A DNA stretch of 64,000 bases from contig OX597832.1 in NCBI GenBank assembly GCA_951406725.2, positions 48,732,001 to 48,796,000 of the forward strand. Reading direction: 5' to 3'. Both the position numbers and the translations under genes were made by a program. A model generated the notes under the pieces. The model made no database searches. It saw only the letters and a list, made by a program, of their open reading frames with translations, and was not told where the DNA came from. Of this stretch, positions 14,196-26,909 are shown one piece after another (the first letter of the stretch is position 1; each line of letters opens with the position of its first letter). Source of the stretch: Octopus vulgaris (taxonomy: Eukaryota).

Positions 14196-14324
14196 CAAAA
14201 TGCATGCATATAATCGTCCAACCCATGCCAGCATAGAATACGGACGTTAAACGATGATGATGATGATATTGATGTATATATGTTTGTGTGTATGTGTGTG
14301 TGCATATATTTATCTTTATCTTAC

Positions 14325-14712
14325 ACTCGTTTCAGTCATTTGACTGCGGCCATATTGGGGCACCACCATGGAAGATTTTTAGTCGAAGAAATCGATCCCA
14401 GTAACTTTAAAAGAAAAAAACTTATTCTATCGCTCTCTTTTGCCAAACCGCTAAGTTATGGGGCGCAAACACACTAACACCGGTTGTCAGGCGGTTAAGT
14501 GGTGGTGAACCAACACAGGCACAAAGACACACAGATAAATACATATATAAAACAGGGTTCTTTCAGTTTCCGTCTACCAAATCCACTCACAAGGCTTTGA
14601 TCGGTCCGAGGCTATAGCTGAAAACACCTGCCCAAGGTTCCACGCAGTGGGACTGTACTCGGAACCACGTGGCTCAGAAGCAAGCTTCTTACCACACAGC
14701 CACTCCTGCGCC
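14325..14712 (-). mobile_element. SINE family B copy
   Basis: Ends with accacacagccactcctgcgcc, the reverse complement of the family head. Confidence 0.88.
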
Positions 14713-14789
14713 CTATATAAGAGTATAAATATATATTTCAATATATATGCCAATACATATTGCTACATATAAGCATACATGTCTATATA

Positions 14790-15163
14790 TCTCTCTATAT
14801 ATAAACGGCAGTTTGTCTGTGCGTGTTTCTGTGTGTCTGTTTTTTTGTACCCTCACCCTGACCACGGCTTTCAACCGATTCTGATGAAACTTGACACACA
14901 CATAGCCCAATGTCATAATTCAAAACTAACGCAGCGAAAAGTTTGAAAAGTTCCCCCAGTTCTGAAAAAAATCGATAAATTCGACATGGGGGTCGAGAAT
15001 CAGAAACACAAACCACAGACTGTCTAGGGGACGCAACTCGACCTTTTTAACTCTCAAAAAAATTTACCATAATTTTTTTTTCCATTTTTTGGCTATAACT
15101 CTCTAAAAATGCTTTATAGTTATTTCCCTTACAAACCCGAGCAACGCCGGGCGATACTGCTAG
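14790..15163 (+). mobile_element. Non-autonomous Helitron, apparently complete (about 374 bp)
   Basis: 5' a|TCTCTCTATATATAAA; 3' hairpin cccg-agcaacgc-cggg followed by CTAG|t. Inserted between A and T with no TSD, which is the canonical Helitron signature. Confidence 0.8.
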
Positions 15164-15503
15164 TATATATATATATATATACATATACATATACAAACAT
15201 GTATACAGAGTCATCTTTGTGAATTTGTCTTTGTAATTGTAAGTTAGTCTATAAGAACGAGTGTGTCAAAGATTAAAAACCAAATGTGTCTGGTGTGTAG
15301 AAGAGCGTGAATAATAAATCTGCGCATAATTGCTGTCAAACTTAATCAACCGTTCCGATTTTGCAAGACGTCGGCATCATTATAAGATTTATACGTAAGT
15401 AATTACTATACTGCCATGTACCACCACAATACATATCATTTGTTCATCATGTGGATATTGGTGTTGGTGTATATGCTAAAATGTGTTACATACCAGAGCG
15501 TAG

Positions 15504-15534
<31 letters not shown>

Positions 15535-15607
15535 CACCTGTCTACAAGTTTACAAGAATACGTTATTACACACAAACATACACACATATGTGTTTATATG
15601 TATATGA

Positions 15608-15712
<105 letters not shown>

Positions 15713-15960
15713 GTATATATATATATGTATTTATTTATATGTACGTATATGTATATATATGTACGGATATGTATATATATATATATATATATATAGGTTC
15801 AAGTAATCAGGTAGTACTTTAAGTTACGGAACAATTTATCGTGATATTAGAATTTTCTTAAATATATTTTCGTCATAATTAGACAATCATATAGAAATTA
15901 ATATGCATACACACACACACATACACACACACATACACACACACATACACACACACACAC

Positions 15961-16018
<58 letters not shown>

Positions 16019-16030
16019 ATCTATATGTAC

Positions 16031-16111
<81 letters not shown>

Positions 16112-16768
16112 TATATAATTAAGGGTTTAGCAACAAGTTGCTTCACCACATACCGAAAATTTAGAAATAGCAGCCAAAAGACAGCTAATTCTTTTCACTA
16201 CAAATAACAATATATACCGAAACTACTTGGTAAAATTTATTAACTATTAGATTAATAATTCTTTACTCTATATCTACATATATATATTTACATATTTACA
16301 TATTAAAATGCGTAAACACGTACAAACCTGTTGTAGTTGCAGTAGTTGTACGACACTATGCTCTGTAACAGAGCGTCACTACATACACCGTTTGTTGGTG
16401 ATTCCCTATCCCTGGCAAATGACACCTTTTGCCCAACTCGGGCAACAACGTTCCAACCCATGGGTCCGTTTGGGTAGTCGTTACTGCGGTGCGCCTCATT
16501 TAGCCGCCTTTTTATCAGACCTAGAGGAAACTTGGTGGCTATTCTTTCGTATGCTGGCTCTCACATAACACAAGGGCACATGAAATTAAGTGTTTTTACT
16601 CAAGAACACATCCTGCCACCCAGTTCGATAATCGAACGCCCGAACTGGCGATTTTGAGTGCAACACTTCAACGACGAGGCCATGTGACTTCACAAGTACA
16701 TGAATATATATTTTAGTTCAATGCAAGCTACATGTTACAATAGTGAATAGTGATTAGCGCTTAGTGAG

Positions 16769-16819
<51 letters not shown>

Positions 16820-16827
<8 letters not shown>

Positions 16828-16995
16828 AATATATTACATTACTCAATAGTCAAGATAAAACTCTGAGTTTCAGATGCCGAAGTGGGAATCCACGACATCA
16901 CGAGATAACCGAAGAGATGTCGTGGATTCCCACTTCGGCATCTGAAACTCAGAGTTTTATCTTGACTATTGAGTAATGTAATATATTATTGTATA
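16820..16995. repeat. Perfect 80-bp inverted repeat with 16-nt spacer, inside a (TA)n-flanked cassette (16820-17066)
   Basis: 16820-16899 is the reverse complement of 16916-16995. Confidence 0.95.
16903..16962 (+). ncRNA. Type I hammerhead ribozyme, U4C core variant
   Basis: agauaa CCGAAGA gaugucg...cggcauc u GAAA CUC A GAG UU uuaucu. Stem I is 6 bp, stem II about 7 bp, cleavage triplet GUU. Confidence 0.7.
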
Positions 16996-17063
16996 GATAA
17001 ATTTCCTCTATTTACATACTATTGAGGTCTCTTTCTTTCTTTTGTTATCTTACCGTTTTACCA

Positions 17064-17117
<54 letters not shown>

Positions 17118-17156
17118 CAGGCTCTGCTATAATGAATCCATAAGCAAACATATAAA

Positions 17157-17249
17157 CATTGTTCCCTCTGAAGATATCATGCTCAGAAATATGAACTTAA
17201 TGTTTAATTAGTTCACTGTCTATAACTGAAACAGCTGTAAGGAATGATG
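17157..17249 (+). ncRNA. Type I hammerhead ribozyme, canonical core
   Basis: cauuguu(c)ccu CUGAAGA [long stem II with ugaac/guuca] GAAA CAGCUG UA aggaaugaug. Palindromic stem III ACAGCUGU. Lies in a TA-flanked cassette at about 17116-17400. Confidence 0.78.
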
Positions 17250-17399
17250 TTCAATTTGCAGTTGATTATAAACTCTTATCAACTTCACAATCTCAATTTT
17301 CTTCTTCCTTTATATGAATATAAACTGCAGGTTTTTATACACATATCTATTATTTTCGGGAAATCAATTCTCCCAAATGTATTAGGTATTGAACCTGCA

Positions 17400-17446
<47 letters not shown>

Positions 17447-17451
<5 letters not shown>

Positions 17452-18130
17452 CGAAAAATGGGAAGAGATCGCAGAAGGTGACAACAAAATATCCAGACAG
17501 TTGGATGATACGGAAAGGGACAAGAAAAACAAGGCCGGGTCATTCGGAGTTTTCTTTCGTCAGTCGAGTTCCAGATTATCTTTGCAGTTTCGGACGGTTA
17601 TACCCGAGACTGCTCCCATCTGGCCAGCGCCAAGGAAAATATAAGCTGAGAGCACTAGATTACCTGGAAGAAAGCAGCGAATGTATACGAAAACAAAGAC
17701 AGAAAAAACGGAGAAGTGGTACACAAATACAAATGCAAACAACAGAACAGTAAACAACAGGTGTCTTTCGACTAAGGACGAATTCAATTAAGGTGGTGTG
17801 CGTGGAAGTAAAGCCTCGCGGCAGAGATGAAAGGCATGGGAAGGAATATAGATGTTGCACGGATGGTAGTCGAACCAAGAAAGAAAGGTCAGGCTTGGCA
17901 GAACACCGGTCACGTGAAAGGGGAGGAGAGAGGTAGGGACTGAAGGATAGAGGAATTAGGGAGGGACGAGAAAAAGAAAAAAAGGGACAGAGCAAAGTGA
18001 AAGAAGAGAGAAGGTGAGAATGAAGGGAGGACCAGGAAGTGTGGGAGAGGGGGAGTGAAAGAACGAAGTAAGTGTGAAGGGGCTGAAAGAAAGATAGAAA
18101 GAAACAAAGAATGAAAGAGTCGTAAAAAAT
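17447..18130. mobile_element. Unclassified complex-sequence cassette between (TA)n tracts
   Basis: About 680 bp of non-microsatellite sequence bounded by (TA)n; internal hairpin gcagtttcgg..ccgagactgc; no recognisable protein. Confidence 0.4.
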
Positions 18131-18165
18131 GTATATACATATACATATATGTATATATATCTATA

Positions 18166-18264
<99 letters not shown>

Positions 18265-18410
18265 AGAGACCAAAGTGTACGTACGCCACTATATGCTTAT
18301 ATAAAGAACACAAAAGTGGGCAGGAACGCAACAGGCGACAACAAGAGACGAAGATGTGTGTGTAAACAACAAAGAGATGTACTAGTTTAACGCTCAGGAA
18401 GTGAGAAAGT

Positions 18411-18454
18411 CTTTTACGTTTCAAGGTTTCGAGCCTAAGCTCTTCGTCAGAAAG
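18411..18454 (-). ncRNA. Minimal type I hammerhead ribozyme, canonical core
   Basis: Minus strand: cuuu CUGACGA a gagc-uuag-gcuc GAAAC cuugaaac GUA aaag. An 8-nt insertion duplicates GAAAC. Cassette at about 18263-18520 next to (TA)n. Confidence 0.78.
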
Positions 18455-19071
18455 GAACACAGAAATAAACAGGGAGAGAAAATAAAAAAAAAAGGTTAAG
18501 TGGCTAGCGATCTATCACACGTATATGACGGCCTTCTTTCAGTCTCTGTCTACCAAATTTACACAAGGCTTTGGTCAGCACAAATGTAAACTAGAAGACA
18601 CTCGCGCAAGGTGCCTCGCAGTGGAACTGAACCCAATGGTAGGGAAGTGTGTTTATGCGGGCGTGTCTGTGTCTGTGCGTTTGCGTGTCTTAGTGTGTGT
18701 ATGTGTGTTTGCGTGTCTCTGAGTGTGTAATATCATGTATACTTGTAGGCAAATATATGCGTATTCACATTCACTGTCATATGTATTCGTGCATTACAAT
18801 TTGTGCGCGTGCCTGTGTGTGTACTGTTAGCATAAACACTAGATTAACAAAATTGTATGTATTGTAGCAGCATTATAATTACTTCCGTATAAATCTCATA
18901 TTGACACCGATGTCGTTCAAAGTAAGGACGCTTGATTATGTTTGACAGCAATTAATTACTAATTTATTGCTCACGCTCATATATGCATGTATGTATGTAT
19001 GTATGTATGTATGTATGTATGTATGTATGTATGTATGTATGCATGCAGGTATGCATGTATGTATGTAATTA

Positions 19072-19302
19072 AGGCGGCGAGCTGGCAGAAACGTTAGCAC
19101 GCCGGGCGAAATGCTTAGTGGTATTTCGTCTGCGTTACGTTGTGAGTTCAAATTCCGCCGAGGTCGACTTTGCCTTTCATCCTTTCGGGGTCGATAAATT
19201 AAGTACCAGTTACGCACTGGGGTCGATGTAATCGACTTAATACCTATGTCTGTCCTTGTTTGTCCCCTCTGTGTTTAGCCCCTTGTGGGTAATAAAGAAA
19301 TA
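19072..19302 (+). mobile_element. SINE family A, full-length copy
   Basis: A box tggcagaaacgttagc, B box gagttcaaattcc, central gcctttcatcctttcggggtcgataaattaagtaccag (Nin/Deu-domain-like), tail gtaataaagaaata. Confidence 0.93.
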
Positions 19303-19429
19303 TGTATGTATATATGCATGCATGCTTGTATTTATGTATGCATATATGTATGTATGTATTCATGCGTGTATCAATGTGTGTATATAGAAATATACAGTTG
19401 TAGGTTTTGGGCTATGGGTTGTAGAGCTG

Positions 19430-19620
19430 GCCCTTTAAGTTTCAGGCTAATCTGTTCAATGGAGTTTCCATATAACTTCGGACCATACAGACTCTCCCAC
19501 AAATTCTCATTTAACTCTAGCGTATTGTAAAAATCACTGACCTGAGAAGCTGCGTAGTGGGATCGAACTCGCGACTTGAGCTTTGCGAAGCGAAATTCCT
19601 AACCAATCTGAATGGCTAGG
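19430..19620 (-). mobile_element. Decayed tRNA-derived SINE of a further family
   Basis: Minus strand has ggttaggaatttcgc..cgcgagttcgatccc (A/B-box-like). Confidence 0.55.
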
Positions 19621-19949
19621 GCAGCGACTATACTCGCATGCACATCAACGATGATTACTAATGAATGTCTAAATATTTCCTTGTAGTATCATCATCTGGT
19701 TGACTGCACTTGTCAAAAAGAAAAGAAAGAGGGAGGGTTAATGGTTATACGTGCCAATCTTGCAAACATGGCTGACCCTACAAGACACATAGCGTTGAGT
19801 TTGTAATTTTAATCATCGTATACAAGAACATACGCACATGCATAGACACACGTGCGTATATATACGCACACACGCACACACAGACACACACAGACACTCA
19901 CACACACGTTTATATATGTATTAATATATAATATATAAGCATATATATT

Positions 19950-20004
<55 letters not shown>

Positions 20005-20108
20005 TACTTAGTGTGTTTATATGTATATATGTACAGTTGTATATATATACAGTCGTATATATATATCCATACAAATAAATATATATATACATATACACAC
20101 ACACATAT

Positions 20109-20166
<58 letters not shown>

Positions 20167-20205
20167 GTATATATATATATATATATATATGCATATATAT
20201 ACATA

Positions 20206-20273
<68 letters not shown>

Positions 20274-21015
20274 ACTGTGCGTGTGTGTATGTGCGTGTGT
20301 GTGTGCCTTTGTGTATGAATTTTGTAATATAAGTTTACGAATAGTGAAGTGGTTGTTGGAATATTTAATTTTGTGAGCCAAGTGCCTGTAATTAATTAAT
20401 TTTACACATGCTGCGAAGAAACGAATATCATTAATCTTGTCGATTAATTCTCCCGAAGAAAAGTTAGGAAAGACAACGAAATTAATTAAAAATAGAATGA
20501 AGTGTGAGAATTGGTCTTGGCAAATGCAATGACCACTCCTGACATGTCTCTGCATTATTTTACTTCATCAGCGCAACGTAAGTGCTCTTTCTTCATCCCA
20601 GATTATATATATATATATATTATATTTACATACCGAATTCTACCAGTAAATAATTGTGGTCTTTTTTTAAAAATCATTATAGAAATTATTTACCCTTATT
20701 ATTATTATTATTATTATATATATATAAGACGGAAGATGTGAGTGTGCGTGTGTGCTACCATTACGTTGATCCCACGTAAAATCAATTTTTTTCATCAGAT
20801 TTCTTTCACGCTTGGCAAATACATCACTTAGGTTCCACAGTTGGTTCTACACTCTTTAGACTTTCCACTTATGGAGTAATCTGGAGTAGTGGAGCTTCTA
20901 AGGTCAAAAGGCCAGAAAAATTTCGTACAGTGACTATCGTGGACAAGGGAGGTAACTCTACGAAGTAAGAGTCGAAAGATGTGTGTGTGTATGCGTGTGT
21001 GTGTGAGTGTGTGTA

Positions 21016-21050
<35 letters not shown>

Positions 21051-21612
21051 CTACTTTAAGTAGACACCGTTACAAATATTAGAATGTAAATATGGATTAA
21101 AGTTTCCTTGGATGGACAGGCGGAAGACTCTTTAAGAGGAAAGCAAATTCCGAGTCAGACCTTGCTGGAACCAATGTTACCATAAATATACTCTGTGATC
21201 GCTCCATCTCCTGGAAATTACACACAAATTACATCAAACTCTCCTACAAATAAAATGATGCATCCATCCAAAGTCCGAGGCCATGGGGCAGACACGAAAC
21301 GGCTTCCTCTTCCAGACTTCTCAGTCCTAAGCTAATCCGGTCTAGTATGGTACCTTTAAGTTTGGCAGTGTCGGGCGTATTTCAATATGTAGCTAATTCT
21401 ACTTTGTTTTCTCATGTTTCCAATATAACTGGCTGTTGGTTTCACCTCAAACGCTTTATCGACATTTGAAACCTGTTATATTTTGATTCCTTCTGAACGC
21501 AATCTTCTCTGGAAATTGAATGAGGCCAGATTTTAATATGTAAGACCACTGGTTTTAAATTGATATTAATCAAATTAATATTCAATTTTTTTACCCTTAT
21601 CATTTTAAATGT

Positions 21613-21674
<62 letters not shown>

Positions 21675-21737
21675 TAATAGATATGGATTTGTATGCGTAT
21701 ATACTACACCTTTTCATATTATCATTTTTAATTATTA

Positions 21738-21945
21738 AGGCGGTGAAGTGGCAGCATCGTAAGCATGCGGAAAAAATGCTTAGCGTACATTTCGTCTATC
21801 TTTACGTTATGAGTTCAAATTCCGCTGAGGTCGACTTTACCTTTCATCCTTTCGGGGTCAATAAAATAAGTATGAGATGAGTACTGGGGTCGTCATAATC
21901 GGTTTATTCCTAACCCTACACTTGCTGGTCCTGTGCCAAAATTTC
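21738..21945 (+). mobile_element. SINE family A copy, decayed
   Basis: gagttcaaattccgctgaggtcgacttt..ctttcatcctttcggggtc. Confidence 0.85.
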
Positions 21946-22221
21946 AAACTACTATGTATGAAATATTTCGGATGCACATAAACGGCGCAGTCTCTAAACC
22001 TTACTCTATCAGTCCTGTTTTGTCTAAAACTATTAATCTGAATGCCTGGCAACATACTTAATTAAACAGAACGCAAGAATATGACGATAAACGTGGCTTT
22101 GCGGCTAGGCTGTTACTCTCATGACCGTAAGATTACGGTTTCAAATCCTGGACAGGACGACACGCTGTGCTCTTGAGCAAAACACTTCATTCCACTTCAT
22201 TCGAAACCTTTCAGTATGCAG

Positions 22222-22222
22222 A

Positions 22223-22292
<70 letters not shown>

Positions 22293-22315
22293 GAGTAATA
22301 ATAGTAACAATGATG

Positions 22316-22364
<49 letters not shown>

Positions 22365-22384
22365 TGATGATGATGATGATGATA
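22222..22384. repeat. (AAT)n/(GAT)n microsatellite
   Basis: Directly visible. Confidence 0.95.
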
Positions 22385-23226
22385 AATGAGTAATCCTGAG
22401 ACTGAACGGCGTCCTGTCCTGGGATCAGGGGAAATATGTGCGCCATGGAAATCAGGAAAACGGCCCCATAACTCTAGATTACACGGGAGATAATTTTGCT
22501 TTACGACTACCAAGAAATGCATACACACACACACACACACACACATGCATACACATACACACATGCGCACGCACGCTCACAGACACACATTCGCACACGT
22601 GTGTGTGTGTATGTACATGCAATTCTCTGTATGGATAATTGCGCGCGCGCACGCATGCGTGTGCTCTTTTTAAAGGAAGGCAAGTTATATTTGGAGCCGT
22701 GGTACACTCACAAATAAACATTAGATGTTCACGGCTGGAGCGCCTTTCATGACAGATCTGCCCTATTAGGGTCAAACGGAAAACTTAAGTAAAAACAATA
22801 ACTACAACAAAAAAAAACAGAAAAAAGAAAAGAAAAAGAGAAAACATTAATGCCAGCTAGGAAGCCATCATCCACAATGTTAACGTAGAGATTAACAACA
22901 ATTAAGTTTTAAAATACTTAATTATAAGAAAAACGAACAAATATATCAAAATACTAAAAAATATATATATAAAAACATTTTCAAAATGAAAGAGTAAAAA
23001 AAACTAAGACAAGGGAAACAATAGCAGAATAAAAAGTATTAAATCAAACGTCAGTATGTTGGCTTCTTTTTATCAGCTCGCTTATTTGCTTGACGAAACA
23101 ATTTGTTGGTAATTATTTCTGGAGAAAGACCTCCATGTGTTTAGATGATGGGGGTAAACAATAAAAACAACACGAAATGAAACGAAACGACAGACAGAAT
23201 GATGAGGAGAAAATAGAGATAAAGAG

Positions 23227-23341
<115 letters not shown>

Positions 23342-23441
23342 TATAGATGTGTGTGTGTGTTTATGAATTTTTATCTGTCTGTATGCGTATATGATGTACG
23401 TACGTATATAGGCGTGTGAATGTATGTATGTTTTGTATTTG

Positions 23442-23480
<39 letters not shown>

Positions 23481-23568
23481 GTACATATATGTATCTATGT
23501 ATATATACATGTGCATACATATATATATATTTATATATATATATACATATATATATATACACACACAC

Positions 23569-23641
<73 letters not shown>

Positions 23642-23644
23642 TAC

Positions 23645-23690
<46 letters not shown>

Positions 23691-24141
23691 TTTTACGTAT
23701 AGACACAAACACACACACATTCACGCACACACATACACACAAACATATTCATATATATATACTATACATACTCATATAAATGCATACGTACAGCATATGT
23801 ACATAGAAACGTATGTATATAACGAAAATAGGAGAAAAACTTTGAAAGAACGAAAGCCAGCGAGACAGAAACTAAAAAAAAACAACAAAAACACTGTAGA
23901 AAATAGTAAAAGCAAACAATTATCGTGAAAGAAAGGAAATAAAGTAAGAATAACGAACGCAACAAAGAGAGAAACAAACCGAAGAGAGAAAAGACAGAAT
24001 GAGAGAACAACTGAATGGCAGAACGACGGTAGGAAAGAACAGAGAAAACGGCATGAGGTTTTAAATATTCGTGGAATTCTTTTACAACAGAAATAATTTA
24101 CCAAAGAAACCGAAGTCTGGCAGATTGATTACGATAGCGTC

Positions 24142-24272
<131 letters not shown>

Positions 24273-24627
24273 ACACACCACACGCTACACATACACACAT
24301 ACACACAATGTTTGAAACTGCATATATATATATTATATATTATAATTAATTAATAAGGGTGAGAGAATTAGATACTAATTTAATAGTATATCTATTCAAC
24401 ACCAAGTGGCCCAGTGCTTCGAGAAACCTGGATTATTATAATATTTTATTATATATTATAATATTTTATACAAAAATAAATATAAGAGAATGGTCACTAT
24501 GTGGCTCATTCTAGCACTAGAAAATCCAAAAGGTTTCAACCACAAAAATACATGTTTCCCGTGAAAGTCAGTACGATTGTTAGCTCACACGAACAGGGCA
24601 AATAAAAAATAACAAAAATACAGATTA

Positions 24628-24708
24628 TTTTGGGACAATTGTTTCGCTATTAATGAATTAAATGTAATTTTACTTACAAAAAACCCACTTGTAGCTCCTC
24701 GGCCAAAA
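24628..24708 (-). ncRNA. Type I hammerhead ribozyme, U4C variant (repeat copy 1)
   Basis: Minus strand: uuuugg CCGAGGA gcua...uagc GAAA CAAUUG UC ccaaaa. Palindromic stem III ACAAUUGU. Confidence 0.8.
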
Positions 24709-25162
24709 CTATCTGGATGAAATCCACTCAATCACACGCCAGATTTTACCATGACGATAAATACACGTGTGGTTCAATTGATTACATCCGACGTTATAAT
24801 TCAAATGCCCCTACTAACAGCGCGCCAAACTTTCATGGAAACAAATACCACATTTAGAAATAAATGTAGCATAATTATAATTAATTAATAAGGGTGAGAG
24901 AATTAGATACTAATTTAATAGTATATCTATTCAACACCAAGTGGCCCAGTGCTTCGAGAAACCTGGATTATTATAATATTTTATTATATATTATGATATT
25001 TTATACAAAAATAAATATAAGAGAATGGTCACTATGTGGCTCATTCTAGCACTAGAAAATCCAAAAGGTTTCAACCACAAAAATACATGTTTCCCGTGAA
25101 AGTCAGTACGATTGTTAGCTCACACGAACAGGGCAAATAAAAAATAACAAAAATACAGATTA

Positions 25163-25243
25163 TTTTGGGACAATTGTTTCGCTATTAATGAATTAAATGT
25201 AATTTTACTTACAAAAAACCCACTTGTAGCTCCTCGGCCAAAA
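25163..25243 (-). ncRNA. Type I hammerhead ribozyme, U4C variant (repeat copy 2)
   Basis: Same sequence as 24628-24708. Confidence 0.8.
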
Positions 25244-25375
25244 CTATCTGGATGAAATCCACTCAATCACACGCCAGATTTTTGTATTATATATTATATA
25301 TATTTATGAAAAAATTTCATTGTTTTATTGTACAAACACACACACACACACACACACACTCACATATATATATAT

Positions 25376-25480
25376 GTGGAAATCTGTGGATGCGTTTGTT
25401 TGTGGCGTTGTTATCTAACTCCTCCTACATCGTTTTATCGATTTTGATGAAACTTGACACGTGATTAGAGTTCATGTCTG
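25376..25480 (+). mobile_element. Helitron-like 5' fragment
   Basis: cgattttgatgaaacttgacac matches cgattctgatgaaacttgacac in the Helitron at 14790-15163. Confidence 0.5.
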
Positions 25481-25585
25481 GAAAACTAGTGACATAGTTA
25501 GATTGTTGAACAACTCGATAATAGAGCCCCAGGAAGGGATTCTTATATCTACTATATAAAACAAATATATTATTTTTAAACATCC

Positions 25586-26658
25586 AAGAGAAATAACCCA
25601 TTCGCCCCTAAAAGGGATCCTTATATATAACTAAGAGAAATAACCCATTCATGTTCGTAAATTATTTCGTATAAATCAAATTGATTATGCTTATTTCTTA
25701 GCTGTCATCACTTCCAGGCATTCTCTGGCCCGGAGCAGTAATCCTTTTTCATTTAAGTTTTCCAAAATTTAATTGTTTTCTATACTTACAGTTGAAAATG
25801 TCTCAATGACTGAAACCGGTACTGAAACGTGTTTTATAAAATCATTTCAGCATTTTCTACCTTGACTTTTTTCATGTTTTTGAAAGAAATGAGAAACATA
25901 TCTATAGGGTCATGGTTGGAACGCTTATCGTTATAAATCCATTCTATTCCGATTGACATGTTATATTCAAGATGTGTGTTTGTAGTTATCCGTTCGAAGG
26001 TTTGTTCCATTTACACAGAAAATGTCTTCTCCATTATAACGGCGTTTATTTAATAATGCCTTGCGTGTGGAAATGAGGAGATGGAATCTCAGAGAGCTAA
26101 TATGTCGGTTGTTAATCCAAGATAAAACTACTCTGATTACAATCAGATAAATAATTTTCGATCTTGCAGTCGCTCTGAGTTCTTTGTTTCTGTTTCTCAT
26201 GACTTTGGTATTCCTGTTCTTTTGATACGCAGAAATGATTTCAGTTGGAGGCCTGTTACGGTAAACTTGTTTCAGTTCTTCGCTCATCAGCCAAGAAATA
26301 CTTTCTCAAGAACTCTGTCAGTCTTTTCTCAGAGATGTTGAGGATCTAGCTTGTAGTGCTTTCTTGTTTTGGAATGATTGAGGAACGTTTACGGAGGCCT
26401 AACACTAACTGTATATCCTAAGGGAATATCGTAAGCAGATAGTAGATTTTTATGTTACAAATAATTTTGTTACATACTTTGAGGCTGTCTGTAACGAAGC
26501 AACGTTTCATGTTGGTGTTTTTGTCTTCTTGTGAGCTAATTGCTTTCTCTTAAGCATAATCAATTTGATTTATACGAAATAATTTACGAACATGAATGGG
26601 TTGTTTCCCTTGGCTATATATAAGGATCCCTTTTAGGGGCGAATGGGTTATTTCTCTT
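25586..26658. mobile_element. About 1.07-kb unit bounded by 108-bp inverted repeats
   Basis: 25586-25693 is the reverse complement of 26551-26658 with a few mismatches. The interior has a hammerhead and a decayed minus-strand ORF. Confidence 0.75.
25786..25827 (+). ncRNA. Minimal type I hammerhead ribozyme, U3-A8 core variant
   Basis: cag UUGAAAA u guc-ucaau-gac u GAAA CCGG UA cug. Palindromic stem III ACCGGU. Confidence 0.62.
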
Positions 26659-26711
26659 CCGCAGAAGAAAGCATTGATGTTTAGTCCTAGTGTAAACAAT
26701 AGTGTTAGTGA

Positions 26712-26759
<48 letters not shown>

Positions 26760-26909
26760 CTCCCTCCTTGAGATATGGCACTCCAATATCTTCTCAGTTA
26801 CTATACAATCACTTCCTGTATTCAATTTCAAGATGGCACTCTATGATAAATTCATGCTATCCCTGCTTCATTTTGTTGTCTGAAACTTTAGAGGAATGGT
26901 TAGAAGAAA

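Larger units (their letters stand above)
24339..25282 (-). mobile_element. Retrozyme-like or Penelope pseudo-LTR element: 409-bp direct repeat, 126-bp spacer, 409-bp direct repeat, flanked by TA-rich DNA
   Basis: 24339-24747 and 24874-25282 are near-identical (period 535 bp), and each holds a hammerhead. Confidence 0.8.

Noticed and set aside
15796-15900. Short TA-flanked block with minus-strand AUGACGA
   Set aside because: No properly placed GAAA/stem III, and positions 3 and 8 are mismatched; at best a heavily decayed cassette.
17530-17610. Minus-strand CUGACGA and GAAACUGC as a possible hammerhead
   Set aside because: The order and pairing do not fit type I, II or III: the downstream motif is GAAU, and there is no NUH with a closing stem I.
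19072-19160. tRNA genes at SINE heads
   Set aside because: A and B boxes are present, but there is no complete cloverleaf and each continues into a SINE body.
26265-26295. Minus-strand CUGAUGA gcgaagaacu GAAAC aa GUU
   Set aside because: The core words are present but stems I and II do not pair; probably chance within the ORF relic.
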